Of a stretch of DNA of 64,000 bases, positions 55,431 to 64,000 are shown in pieces. Source of the stretch: Minisyncoccota bacterium (GTDB lineage: Bacteria > Patescibacteriota > Minisyncoccia > Phycocordibacterales > JABMNX01); contig JAPHQU010000002.1 in assembly GCA_026195275.1 (NCBI GenBank), forward strand, positions 5,964 to 69,963, written 5' to 3'. Below the pieces are notes generated by a model, which saw only the letters and a list, made by a program, of their open reading frames with translations, was not told where the DNA came from and did not search any database. The position numbers were made by a program, and so were the translations under genes. Position 1 is the first letter of the stretch, and each line of letters begins with the position of its first letter.

Positions 55431-55676
55431 TTAGGAGTACTCCAGGAATTCGCGGGGCACTTCGATGGTCTCGTTTCTGTTTGTGTCAGGGTTGAATATG
55501 CTGACACGAACTTGCCAGCTATTTGTGAACCCAGTCACAACCCCTGTCTTGCCTTTGGCGAACGAGAAGTTGTCGTCACAGAAATCCTCGGTGAGGGCGA
55601 CTTTGTTACCCGCAACAAATGCCGGTGCGGTAGCTTCGATAGGTCCCATAGGCATATCTCCCTGGCTAAAATCCAA
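55431..55676 (-). CDS. small hypothetical protein (81 aa)
   Basis: ORF bounded by terminator; no family recognised. Confidence 0.35.
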   Translation of the reverse strand: MDFSQGDMPMGPIEATAPAFVAGNKVALTEDFCDDNFSFAKGKTGVVTGFTNSWQVRVSIFNPDTNRNETIEVPREFLEYS

Positions 55677-55744
55677 GATCTTGACACCTTGTCAAGATAT
55701 TAGATGATTGAATCTCGTCCCACTATGCACGAGAATTAGCCTCG

Positions 55745-55773
55745 TTGCAACTCCTTAGTACATCTGGTATAGT
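55745..55773 (+). promoter_or_regulatory. sigma70-like promoter TTGCAA-17-TATAGT upstream of rpmE
   Basis: hexamers read directly. Confidence 0.45.
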
Positions 55774-55780
55774 GCCCTCT

Positions 55781-56044
55781 ATGAAAAAGGATATCCATCC
55801 GGAACAGTATCGAAAAGTCATCTTCGCTGACAGCTCAAGCGGGGAGCGGTTTCTTATTGGTTCAACCGTAGCCACTGATGCAACTGATACGTGGACTGAT
55901 GGAAAGGAATATCCACTCTGCACGGTAGAGATCTCAAGTGCCTCACACCCATTCTACACTGGAAAAGAAAAGGTTATGGATACTGCGGGGCGAGTCGAGA
56001 AGTTTAAAGCACGAGCTGCTGCGGCTCAGGGTTCGAAGAAATAA
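55781..56044 (+). CDS. rpmE: 50S ribosomal protein L31
   Basis: [10 protein letters not shown]... HPFYTG. Confidence 0.85.
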   Translation: MKKDIHPEQYRKVIFADSSSGERFLIGSTVATDATDTWTDGKEYPLCTVEISSASHPFYTGKEKVMDTAGRVEKFKARAAAAQGSKK

Positions 56045-56061
56045 CTCAGTCAAATGAATGT

Positions 56062-56090
56062 GCGTCTCGTCTAACGACAGACGCATTTTT
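56062..56090 (+). terminator. terminator hairpin gcgtct...agacgc + TTTTT after rpmE
   Basis: 6-bp stem and T-run. Confidence 0.45.
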
Positions 56091-56098
56091 GTATTAGA

Positions 56099-57076
56099 AT
56101 GAATACCATGCTCGACGAAGCAAAACTCACTGAATATCGCACAAACCACAAGACTGCATTTTTGGTTGATCAATACGATCGACTTGAGCGGGAGCTTTTG
56201 AGTGTGCGTGACATGGCACAAGATCCGTCGTACGCGCCACTCGCGGAAGAGGAGGTTGCGTCTATCCAGAAACAGCAACAAGATCTCATCCTTGAGATGG
56301 AAAAGATCACAAAAGCTGAGGAAGAGGAAGAGCAATTCCCGAATGAGGTGATTCTTGAAGTTCGTGCAGGTGCCGGCGGGGAGGAGGCCGCTCTCTTTGC
56401 GGAGGAGTTGGTGATGATGTATGAGCGTTTTGCGGAGAAGGAGGGCTGGCAATATCGCGCGCTCGATGAATCGAAGAGCTCGCTCGGTGGCTACAAAGAG
56501 GCGTCTGTTGAGATCAAAGGGAAAGACGTGTACCGTGTTCTCCGATTTGAGACCGGTGTGCACCGTGTGCAACGTATCCCGGCTACCGAGAAGCAGGGGC
56601 GCATTCATACCTCAACAGCCTCGGTTATGATCCTGCCGGTGCGCAAGAAGAAACATGTTGAGATCAATCCGGCGGATATTGAGATGGAGTTCTCGCGCTC
56701 CGGTGGTGCCGGCGGGCAGAATGTGAACAAGGTCGAAACAGCAGTGCGGCTCATTCACAAACCGACCGGTATTGACGTCCGCTGTACTTCAGAGCGTTCA
56801 CAGGCACAGAACCGCGAGAAAGCACTCGGAATACTTCAAGCAAAGCTTGAACAAAAAATGGAAGAAGAGGCAGCGGGGGAAGCTGCAAAAGAGAGAAGAG
56901 AGCAGGTGAAAACAGCTGACCGTTCAGAGAAGGTGCGCACATACAACTTCCCGCAGGACCGTATCACCGACCATCGCCTCAAGAAGTCGTGGTCAAACAT
57001 CGGCGCCATCCTTAATGGCGATCTTTCAGGGATTGTTGCGGCTTTTCAGGATGAGTCGGCAGAAGAGGTGGAGTAA
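56099..57076 (+). CDS. prfA: peptide chain release factor 1
   Basis: PAT tripeptide (RF1-specific), GGQ motif ([11 protein letters not shown]). Confidence 0.9.
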   Translation: MNTMLDEAKLTEYRTNHKTAFLVDQYDRLERELLSVRDMAQDPSYAPLAEEEVASIQKQQQDLILEMEKITKAEEEEEQFPNEVILEVRAGAGGEEAALFAEELVMMYERFAEKEGWQYRALDESKSSLGGYKEASVEIKGKDVYRVLRFETGVHRVQRIPATEKQGRIHTSTASVMILPVRKKKHVEINPADIEMEFSRSGGAGGQNVNKVETAVRLIHKPTGIDVRCTSERSQAQNREKALGILQAKLEQKMEEEAAGEAAKERREQVKTADRSEKVRTYNFPQDRITDHRLKKSWSNIGAILNGDLSGIVAAFQDESAEEVE

Positions 57077-57173
57077 GAGTAGTTTTTGTTTATTCAAGGA
57101 CCGAGTTAAGAATATATTTGCGAAATCAACCCGTTTTTGCTAGACTCTTGTGGTACAAAACGTGACCATATAT

Positions 57174-57896
57174 ATGGATACTGTAACAACAAAAGAAAAT
57201 AACACTATCGAGCAAATGTTTGAAGCAGGTGCTCATTTCGCATACAGCAAGACGCGGCGCCACCCCACGGCGAGCCCATACATCTTTGGTGCAAAAGACA
57301 TGGTTGAGATATTTGACCTTGAGAAGACTAAAGGGCTTCTCGATGATGCGCGTACCTTTGTGGCTTCACTCGCGCGCGAAGGGAAGCAGGTCCTCTTTGT
57401 TGCGGGTAAGAATGAGGCCCGTGGAGTTGTCTCAGCTACTGCACTTTCTCTTGATATGCCGTATGTCACTAGCCGTTGGATCGGCGGAACGCTCACGAAC
57501 TTCAGTGAGATCAAGAAGCGCATTGAACGCCTCGAGACACTCGCTTCAGAGAAGGAGAGCGGGGAGCTTGCAAAGAAATACACGAAGCGTGAGCAACTCC
57601 TCCTCACTCGTGAGATCGAGTCGCTTTCCGAGACCTTTGGTGGTCTGACCCCAATGAAGACACTCCCCGCAGCACTCTTTGTTGTCGACACAGAACGCGA
57701 ATCTATTGCAGTCGAGGAGGCAAAGAAGGCAGGTATTCCGATCATCGCCCTCATGAATTCAGACTGTGATGTTGCTGACGCGACATATCCGATTCTCGCA
57801 AATGACGGCTCAGTGAAGAGCATTACTTTCTTTGTGGAGAGTATTGCGGCGGCGTACCGCGAGAACAAGGGGGTCATCAAAAAGACTGAGGAATAA
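57174..57896 (+). CDS. rpsB: 30S ribosomal protein S2
   Basis: MFEAGAHFAYSKTRRHP, VDTERE; alternative GTG start 57150. Confidence 0.9.
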   Translation: MDTVTTKENNTIEQMFEAGAHFAYSKTRRHPTASPYIFGAKDMVEIFDLEKTKGLLDDARTFVASLAREGKQVLFVAGKNEARGVVSATALSLDMPYVTSRWIGGTLTNFSEIKKRIERLETLASEKESGELAKKYTKREQLLLTREIESLSETFGGLTPMKTLPAALFVVDTERESIAVEEAKKAGIPIIALMNSDCDVADATYPILANDGSVKSITFFVESIAAAYRENKGVIKKTEE

Positions 57897-57926
57897 TATT
57901 ATTCATATTCAAAGAAATAAAAAACA

Positions 57927-58511
57927 ATGAGTACTATCACTACTGAACAGATCAAGGAACTTCGTGACCTTACCGGTGTTTCGGTTATGCAGTGCAAGAA
58001 GGCGCTTGAGGAAGCAGGTGGTGATATGGAAAAGGCGAAGGTTCTTTTACGTAAGAAAAGTGGTGATATCGCAGCCAAGAAATCTGGACGAGAACTCGGG
58101 TCCGGCGTAGTTGAGTCGTATATTCACAACACAAAACAGGTTGGCACGCTTATCGTGCTCTCGTGCGAGACAGACTTCGTGGCGAAGAACGAGGAGTTTG
58201 TTCAGCTTGCACGCGATATCGCTATGCAGATTGCGGCAAGCGCTCCAGAGTTTAAGGTTCGTGACGAGGTGACCCCCGCGGCAACCGCTGCCGCCGAGGA
58301 GGTGTTTCGTAAAGAGGTTGCTGACAAACCGGCCGAAATGCAAGAGAAGATCCTCTCAGGCAAGATTGACGCATATCTTAAAGAGAAGATATTGCTTGAG
58401 CAGGACTTTATCAAGGATCCGAGTGTTACGATTAAGGGGCTTATTGAGTCTGCGACCCAGAAGTTTGGTGAGCGTATTGAGGTCTCCGACTTTACCCGGT
58501 ACAGTATATAG
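57927..58511 (+). CDS. tsf: elongation factor Ts (short form, 194 aa)
   Basis: IKELRDLTGVSVMQCKKALEEAGGDMEKA, TDFVAKN. Confidence 0.9.
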   Translation: MSTITTEQIKELRDLTGVSVMQCKKALEEAGGDMEKAKVLLRKKSGDIAAKKSGRELGSGVVESYIHNTKQVGTLIVLSCETDFVAKNEEFVQLARDIAMQIAASAPEFKVRDEVTPAATAAAEEVFRKEVADKPAEMQEKILSGKIDAYLKEKILLEQDFIKDPSVTIKGLIESATQKFGERIEVSDFTRYSI

Positions 58512-58516
58512 TACAT

Positions 58517-58912
58517 ATGGCGATAAGTATCAGCATCTTCTTTGCCTCATTCGCAGGCATCGTTCTCCTTGTGGCATTTCGGCTCTGGGAGTTGCAACGC
58601 GGTGCGCGAGTCGCTCAGCGAGTACGTGCCCATGTTGATGAATGGGTGGATGCGACCGGAAGATCTGTTCGAGCTCGTATTCCAACACTTGATCATTCCT
58701 CCATCGCGCGGGTGTTCCATGTTCTTATGCACTATAGCGCACTCATCTTACTCGCGCTTCTTAAGATGCTCGAGAAAAAGATATTCAGAGTGCTTGAGTA
58801 TGTTCGGGGGAGACGGAAAGTCTCGCGTGGCGTGACGAACTCTGACTTTCTTAAGAGTGTATCGGCGCATAAGCAGAGCCTTGGAAAAGAAAGAGGGAAT
58901 AGTGTAGAATAG
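58517..58912 (+). CDS. hypothetical membrane protein
   Basis: two hydrophobic helices, no family recognised. Confidence 0.35.
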   Translation: MAISISIFFASFAGIVLLVAFRLWELQRGARVAQRVRAHVDEWVDATGRSVRARIPTLDHSSIARVFHVLMHYSALILLALLKMLEKKIFRVLEYVRGRRKVSRGVTNSDFLKSVSAHKQSLGKERGNSVE

Positions 58913-58946
58913 CCAGGTTAGTTTGAAGGTTCATCAAGTAAGACTT

Positions 58947-59016
58947 GCCACCTTAGCCCAGTTGGGGAGTTCAAACAGAGCCAAAACTCTGTTTGAAAGT
59001 TTTGTACAAAACCGTT
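58947..59016 (+). pseudogene. degenerate tRNA-Thr-like remnant (5' half duplicate with 28-nt hairpin insertion)
   Basis: GCCACCTTAGCCCAGTTGG identical to tRNA 5' end except 1 nt, GTTTTGTA[C]AAACCGT similar to anticodon arm; no T-arm/acceptor 3' half. Confidence 0.4.
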
Positions 59017-59073
59017 GCTCCTCCTTGGTCTGATGTGATATACATTGTCTGTGTAAAGGCAATATCAAGATTT

Positions 59074-59146
59074 GCCACCTTAGCTCAGTTGGTAGAGCAA
59101 CGGTTTTGTAAACCGTAGGTCGTCAGTTCGAATCTGACAGGTGGCT
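59074..59146 (+). tRNA. tRNA-Thr (anticodon TGT)
   Basis: cloverleaf read by eye: acceptor GCCACCT/AGGTGGC, D arm GCTCAGTTGGTAGAGC, anticodon stem ACGGT-TTTGTAA-ACCGT, T arm GGTTCGAATCT region; no encoded CCA. Confidence 0.8.
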
Positions 59147-59154
59147 CCGATTTT

Positions 59155-60705
59155 ATGAAAGACACAAGTCTATATCTCCCCGAGGACCTTCATGTGGGGC
59201 GTGCGAGCGAGCTTCACGGAAGGGACCGACTACTCTATCGCGCACTTGAGATCTTGCCCGGGACACTCTCGTGGTTGACCCTTATCGGGGTGGTCTTCCT
59301 CTCATTTTTTGCTCCAGTTGCCGCGGCATATCTTATCATCGCATTCTCGCTCTTTTGGCTTCTAAAGACGATCTACCTTTCGCTCCATGTTCGGCATAAC
59401 TGGCGTCGACTGAAGCGCAATATGAATATGGACTGGGAGAAGATGCTTGAGCACTTCTCGTATGGGCATTTGCGGCACCTGATCTTGCTTCCGTATTATC
59501 AAGAAGATTATGCAACAGTCTCAGCGACTGTTGCCAAACTCGCTGAGACCAGTGGTGATAAGAAGAAGATATATGTGGTGCTTGCTCCTGAGGAGCGGGC
59601 GGGGAAGAGTGCGCAAGAGATAGCTGAGCGTGTCGTGTCTGAGTATGGGTCGGTATTTGGATATATTGGCGTTAGTGTGCACCCGAAAGATGTGCCTGGA
59701 GAGATGGCGGGAAAGGGGTCAAATATCGCACATGCCGCACAGTGGGCGCGGACACACGTGCTCGACCCGCAAGGTATCTCCTACAAGGATGTCATTGTCT
59801 CCGCGTTTGATATTGATACAGTTGTCTACCCACAGTACTTTCTTTGTCTCAACTGGTATTTCCTTACCACTGAGCGTCCTGATTACGCGTCTTTCCAGCC
59901 GGTGCCGCTTTATAACAACAACATCTGGGAGGCACCGTCATTCTCGCGTGTGGCGGCAACCTCAGGTACCTTTTGGCAGATGATCCAACAGGAACGACCA
60001 GAGAAGCTCGCGACATTCTCCTCGCACGCGGTAAGCTTCGCGGCACTTCACCGAGTGGGTTACTGGCAGAAGAATATGGTAAGCGAGGACTCGCGCATTT
60101 TCTGGAATATGTTTTTTGCGCACAACGGTGATTATCGGGTAGTACCAATCTCGTATCCGGTTTCTATGGACGCAAATCTCGCAGTGAGCACGTGGCAGAC
60201 GTTTAAGAATATCTATAAGCAAAATCGACGGTGGACATACGGCGTCGAGAATGTGCCGTATATTATCTATCATGCGATACGGAACAAGCGGTTTTCTCTC
60301 TTCGATCGACTCCGCATGGTATGGGTTCAGATCGAGGGGTTCTGGTCGCTTGCCACACATCCGCTCATACTATTCTCGCTCGGCTGGTTGCCACTGCTTG
60401 TTGGTGGGCGTGAATTTAGTACCACAATCCTCTCGTACAACCTTCCAATCGTCGCGCGCACCTTCCTCACGCTTGCTATGGGCGGCTTGATCGTCTCCGC
60501 GATCATCTCGACCTCACTTCTACCGGAGCGTCCACAACATTGCTCTCGATCGAAATATATTGGTATGACCTTGCAGTGGATCTTGGTGCCGGTAACGATG
60601 ATCGTCTTTAGTGCGATACCGGGACTTGATGCGCAGACACGTCTTATGTTCGGTCGGTACATGGGCTTTTGGGTTACGCCAAAGCGCGCCACTCGTTCGA
60701 CTTAA
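59155..60705 (+). CDS. membrane glycosyltransferase family 2 (processive, cellulose-synthase-like)
   Basis: N-terminal TM helices, SAFDIDT (DxD-like), QNRRW (QxxRW) motif, C-terminal TM helices. Confidence 0.6.
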   Translation: MKDTSLYLPEDLHVGRASELHGRDRLLYRALEILPGTLSWLTLIGVVFLSFFAPVAAAYLIIAFSLFWLLKTIYLSLHVRHNWRRLKRNMNMDWEKMLEHFSYGHLRHLILLPYYQEDYATVSATVAKLAETSGDKKKIYVVLAPEERAGKSAQEIAERVVSEYGSVFGYIGVSVHPKDVPGEMAGKGSNIAHAAQWARTHVLDPQGISYKDVIVSAFDIDTVVYPQYFLCLNWYFLTTERPDYASFQPVPLYNNNIWEAPSFSRVAATSGTFWQMIQQERPEKLATFSSHAVSFAALHRVGYWQKNMVSEDSRIFWNMFFAHNGDYRVVPISYPVSMDANLAVSTWQTFKNIYKQNRRWTYGVENVPYIIYHAIRNKRFSLFDRLRMVWVQIEGFWSLATHPLILFSLGWLPLLVGGREFSTTILSYNLPIVARTFLTLAMGGLIVSAIISTSLLPERPQHCSRSKYIGMTLQWILVPVTMIVFSAIPGLDAQTRLMFGRYMGFWVTPKRATRST

Positions 60706-60731
60706 GGGAGATTCCAGGTATAGTAGTGGGT

Positions 60732-61586
60732 ATGCAGCCACTTCCGAGAAAAACACGACGTATTTACTTGGCACTCCTGGTGCTTGTTTTTGTTGTGTTG
60801 GTTCCGGCAACCGTCCTCTATTCTACCGGGTATCGTCTCGGTGAGGGATTCTCTTTGGTAAAGACCGGGGGTATTTATATCGGGGTCGGTGAGTCGGGCG
60901 CGGAACTTCTCCTTGATGGAAGAGTACGGAAGAAAGTCGGGATTCTTAAGAACGGCTTCTTTGTGCAAGACCTTACCCCACGCGTGTATTACGTGCGAGT
61001 GGAGAAGGAAGGATATCGACCATGGGAGAAGATCCTCGAAGTAAATCCACAGCGCGTCTCTGAAGCAGCAGCGTTTATCCTCCCTGAGCACATTCCGTAT
61101 GTCGAAGTGCTTCCGTCAGATTCAAAGTACGAAGACCTGCTTGATCTCTTTGCAACATCAACCGCAACAACACTCCAAACAGACGAGTACCCGGATGAGC
61201 TTGCCACCTCAACACACGGAGTGGTGCGTGAGGTGAAGCGCAAAGGAGATGTTGTCCTTTGGCAAGAAGAAGATGGGGTCTACGCACGCTGGGTCAATAG
61301 TGTGGGGCGCGCACCATCGTATTTCTGTGAGGAGCGGGTGTGCAACAAAGTCATACACGTAAAAGATCAGACTGTTGATTTCTTTGATTTTCATCCGCAG
61401 TCAAATGAGCTCCTCATCACTGTTTCAGATGGAGTGGCATATATGACCGAGATCGATCCACGAATTCCACGCAACACCCAGACACTTTTTGATGCGACTG
61501 GTATGATGGTCCGTACCAAGGGAGCGAGTATTTATTTCAAAGAACCAACAGGCACCGGATTTAAGATATTCGAGTACGAGTTGTAA
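60732..61586 (+). CDS. membrane-anchored PEGA-domain-like protein
   Basis: N-terminal TM; YYVRVEKEGYRPWEKILEV resembles PEGA motif. Confidence 0.4.
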   Translation: MQPLPRKTRRIYLALLVLVFVVLVPATVLYSTGYRLGEGFSLVKTGGIYIGVGESGAELLLDGRVRKKVGILKNGFFVQDLTPRVYYVRVEKEGYRPWEKILEVNPQRVSEAAAFILPEHIPYVEVLPSDSKYEDLLDLFATSTATTLQTDEYPDELATSTHGVVREVKRKGDVVLWQEEDGVYARWVNSVGRAPSYFCEERVCNKVIHVKDQTVDFFDFHPQSNELLITVSDGVAYMTEIDPRIPRNTQTLFDATGMMVRTKGASIYFKEPTGTGFKIFEYEL

Positions 61587-61686
61587 GAAGGGTAAAGAAA
61601 CAATGTTAATACCAAGGTCTTGAACCCGGTGATATATCATTAGATTCGAAGGTTCCACTCTTCGGCTTTCCGGGTCTGGAGACGTA

Positions 61687-62454
61687 ATGCTCCAAAGGCA
61701 CTTTTTTGGTATACTCAGGCGTATGACTGCTGAACATACAGCACACATACACCCCATCACGCGCATGATCCGCGAAATAAACGCGATTTTTGGCGAGATG
61801 GGTTTTACCTTTGCAGAAGGTCCTGAGATCGAGACCGAGCACTACAACTTTGACGCACTCAATGTGCCGGCTAATCACCCCGCGCGTGATATGTGGGATA
61901 CTTTCTGGCTTAAACCACTTAACGCAAAGAAACTCCTCCGCACCCACACCTCACCCGTCCAGGTGCGCTATATGGAAGCGCACAAGGACGATCTCCCGAT
62001 CCGGATTATTGCGCCGGGCAAGGTCTATCGACATGAGGCGACTGACATGACACATGAAGCGCAGTTTTACCAAGTCGAGGGGCTTATGATTGGGAAAGAT
62101 GTGACCTTAGCGCACCTCAAGGGGGTACTCACCACCTTTTTTGAGAAGTTCTTCGGCGCGGATGTCGAGGTCAGGCTTCGTCCGAGCTATTTCCCGTTTG
62201 TGGAGCCGGGGGTTGAGATTGATATGCGCTTGGTGGGGGAGAATGTACCCGAGCGGCTCGCGGGGAAGTGGATTGAGATTATGGGCGCCGGCATGGTCCA
62301 TCCGAAGGTGCTTGAGAGCTCAGGTATTGACCCGCGAGAATGGCAGGGTTTTGCGTTCGGTACCGGTGTTGAGCGGCTCGGCATGCTTAAGTACGGCATT
62401 GATGACACGCGCCTCTTTCACACAGGCGACCTCAGGTTCGTCAATCAGTTCTAA
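61687..62454 (+). CDS. pheS: phenylalanine--tRNA ligase alpha subunit (short form lacking N-terminal domain)
   Basis: HPITR motif 1, class II motifs 2/3 (FRPSYFPFVEPGVEID, GFAFGTGVERLGMLKYG); possible start at Met13 (61723). Confidence 0.85.
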   Translation: MLQRHFFGILRRMTAEHTAHIHPITRMIREINAIFGEMGFTFAEGPEIETEHYNFDALNVPANHPARDMWDTFWLKPLNAKKLLRTHTSPVQVRYMEAHKDDLPIRIIAPGKVYRHEATDMTHEAQFYQVEGLMIGKDVTLAHLKGVLTTFFEKFFGADVEVRLRPSYFPFVEPGVEIDMRLVGENVPERLAGKWIEIMGAGMVHPKVLESSGIDPREWQGFAFGTGVERLGMLKYGIDDTRLFHTGDLRFVNQF

Positions 62455-62494
62455 ATTGGAGAGTAGAAAATGGGAGGTAGAAGATAGATACAAT

Positions 62495-62851
62495 ATGTCA
62501 AAAAGTTATGAAAATTTGGATATATGGAAAAATGGAACAGACTTTGCAACTCTGGTCTATAAAGTTACGTTGGATTTTCCAAAATCTGAACAGTTTGGTA
62601 TCACATCTCAATTGCGCCGCGCGGTAGTTTCCGCCCCTTTGAACATTGCCGAGGGATCAAGTCGTACTTCTAAGAAAGATTATGCTCGATTCATAGAGAT
62701 AGCCATAGGTTCTCTGAATGAGGTGGTAAGTTTACTCGTTATATCCAAGAATCTTGACTATCTAACAGTACAAAAGTATGAAGAAATGAAGGAAGCAGCC
62801 TTGGGTATCGGTCGGTCGCTTGGCGCTTTCAAGAAATATCTATTAAAATAG
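62495..62851 (+). CDS. second four-helix-bundle 23S-rRNA-IVS-protein / Avd-like family protein
   Basis: YENLDIWKNGTDFATLVYKVTLDFPKSEQFGITSQLRRAVVSAPLNIAEGSSRTSKKDY...IGSLNEV matches family consensus; sits between pheS and pheT. Confidence 0.7.
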   Translation: MSKSYENLDIWKNGTDFATLVYKVTLDFPKSEQFGITSQLRRAVVSAPLNIAEGSSRTSKKDYARFIEIAIGSLNEVVSLLVISKNLDYLTVQKYEEMKEAALGIGRSLGAFKKYLLK

Positions 62852-62878
62852 CTAACTACATTCTACTTTCTACCTTCT

Positions 62879-64000
62879 ATGCTCATATCTTACAACTGGC
62901 TCCAGACATATTTTGATACAAAGCTCCCAACTCCCGACGAGCTTGCTGAGAAGCTCACTTTCCATTCGTTTGAGATTGAGGGGGTCGAGAAGACAGAGAA
63001 CGACACAGTGATCGATGTAGATGTCTTGCCAAACCGTGCACACGATTGTCTCTCGCATCGTGGCATCGCGAAAGAACTCTCGGTTCTCTTTGAGATACCG
63101 CTTAATCGTGATGTGCTTCGTGAAGACGAGCCGGAGTTCTCTGAGTCGAAGCTTCTCTCGGTTGATATCGAGGACTCTCTTTTGTGCCGCAGGTATAGCG
63201 CTGCGGTTATTCGCGGGGTAAAAGTCGCACCATCACCCGAGTGGCTCAAAGCGCGTCTCGAGGCGCTTGGACAGCGCTCGATAAACAACATTGTGGACGC
63301 GACCAACTACGTCATGTTTGGGCTTGGACAGCCACTTCACGCATTTGACATGAAGAAGCTTGAGGAGCGGGACGGTGCGTATCGTATTAACGTGCGTTCA
63401 GCACATGACGGGGAGAGTATCACGACACTCACTGGTGAAGGGTATGAACTCACACCTCAGACGCTCCTCATTACCGACGGTAATAGTGACGCACCGATCG
63501 GGATTGCGGGCATTAAAGGTGGGAAGATAGCCGAGGTTGATCAAGAAACGACCGACATTGTGCTTGAGTCTGCGAATTTCAACCCGGCACACACGCGCAA
63601 AAGCTCGCAGATACTCAAGCTTCGCACTGATGCGTCGACTCGTTTTGAGAATGAACTTGCGCCGGAGTATGCGCCATACGGCCTTCGTGAAGTGGTTGCG
63701 CTCATCCTCGATATCGCCGGCGGCGAAGCTGAGGGGTATGTTGATATATTTCCACGACAGCAGAGTATTCCATACATAACAGGAGTATCACTTGAGGAGA
63801 TCAACAGTCTTTTAGGCACTTCTGTGAAGGAACAGGATGTCGAGCAAATACTCGATCGTTTTGGATTCGTGTTTGAGAGGGTGTCGCCGATTGACCGGGT
63901 CCTTGAAGAAGCTCGGAAACACGAGGGTGTGTCGTATAAGTATGGAGCAAGTATTCGGTTTGACGCACCCAAGGCATTCGATTGCTCGTCGTTTGTCTCA
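62879..64000 (+). CDS. pheT: phenylalanine--tRNA ligase beta subunit (5' part, continues beyond window)
   Basis: MLISYNWLQTYFDTKLPTPDELAEKLTFHSFEIEGVE (tRNA-binding domain), B3/4 domain. Confidence 0.85.
   Translation, partial: MLISYNWLQTYFDTKLPTPDELAEKLTFHSFEIEGVEKTENDTVIDVDVLPNRAHDCLSHRGIAKELSVLFEIPLNRDVLREDEPEFSESKLLSVDIEDSLLCRRYSAAVIRGVKVAPSPEWLKARLEALGQRSINNIVDATNYVMFGLGQPLHAFDMKKLEERDGAYRINVRSAHDGESITTLTGEGYELTPQTLLITDGNSDAPIGIAGIKGGKIAEVDQETTDIVLESANFNPAHTRKSSQILKLRTDASTRFENELAPEYAPYGLREVVALILDIAGGEAEGYVDIFPRQQSIPYITGVSLEEINSLLGTSVKEQDVEQILDRFGFVFERVSPIDRVLEEARKHEGVSYKYGASIRFDAPKAFDCSSFVS

Noticed and set aside
58947-59016. Upstream tRNA-like sequence as a functional second tRNA
   Set aside because: D-arm cannot pair properly, a 28-nt hairpin interrupts it and there is no T-arm/3' acceptor strand; treated as a remnant.
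62141-62494. N-terminal 118 codons of track ORF 62141..62851
   Set aside because: Overlaps pheS in a different frame with Arg/Ser-rich nonsense translation; real Avd/IVS-like gene starts at Met 62495.

Overview
This 64-kb window looks like a gene-dense piece of a bacterial chromosome, almost entirely on the + strand. My guess, from sequence alone, is a Patescibacteria/CPR (Parcubacteria-like) genome. The reasons are a short EF-Ts, a PheS lacking the N-terminal domain, a split transketolase, many GT4 glycosyltransferases and a membrane-anchored DUF4015 protein.

Content from start to end:
- 575-1249: rsmI.
- 3128-6468: a soluble TraD/TraG/VirD4-like ATPase whose stop is followed immediately by the start of an LTD-PKD-LTD surface protein.
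- 6499-26825: a roughly 20-kb surface-polysaccharide cluster. It holds 7 GT4s, a GT9, a pyruvyl transferase, an AsnB amidotransferase, three methyltransferases, a CE4 deacetylase, a TagF/KpsC-like GT-B protein, a Wzx flippase and a Wzy/O-antigen-ligase-TPR protein.
- 26838-27170: a promoter-driven structured noncoding locus (candidate sRNA).
- 27433-27675: a histone-H1-like KKAAKKTTRR-repeat protein.
- 27763-33463: secA, DUF1653, a holin-like membrane protein, obg and gatB.
- 33556-42613: an accessory-looking block. It has two paralogous membrane-tethered HTH_17 proteins (one a 1210-aa tail-fibre-like surface giant), tatC-tatA with a small Tat-signal protein, an Avd/23S-IVS-family four-helix-bundle gene bracketed by 25-bp inverted repeats, and a hypothetical protein, a Gly/Cys-rich protein and a sulfotransferase.
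- 42788-51406: a secreted DUF5011 protein, then gap-rpiB-rpe-tktN-tktC-cfa, a convergent PfkB kinase and fba.
- 51494-52266: a trpR-like (YerC/YecD) gene flanked by an array of a perfect 18-26-bp palindrome (CATACGATATATCGTATG). One more copy sits about 51 kb away at 151-174.
- 52281-64000: 2-hydroxyacid dehydrogenase, rplY, a coiled-coil MltB-like transglycosylase, rpmE, prfA, rpsB, tsf, a tRNA-Thr with an upstream degenerate duplicate, GT2 and PEGA genes, and pheS and pheT split by a second Avd/IVS-like cassette.

I found no CRISPR array, no rRNA and no transposase or integrase.
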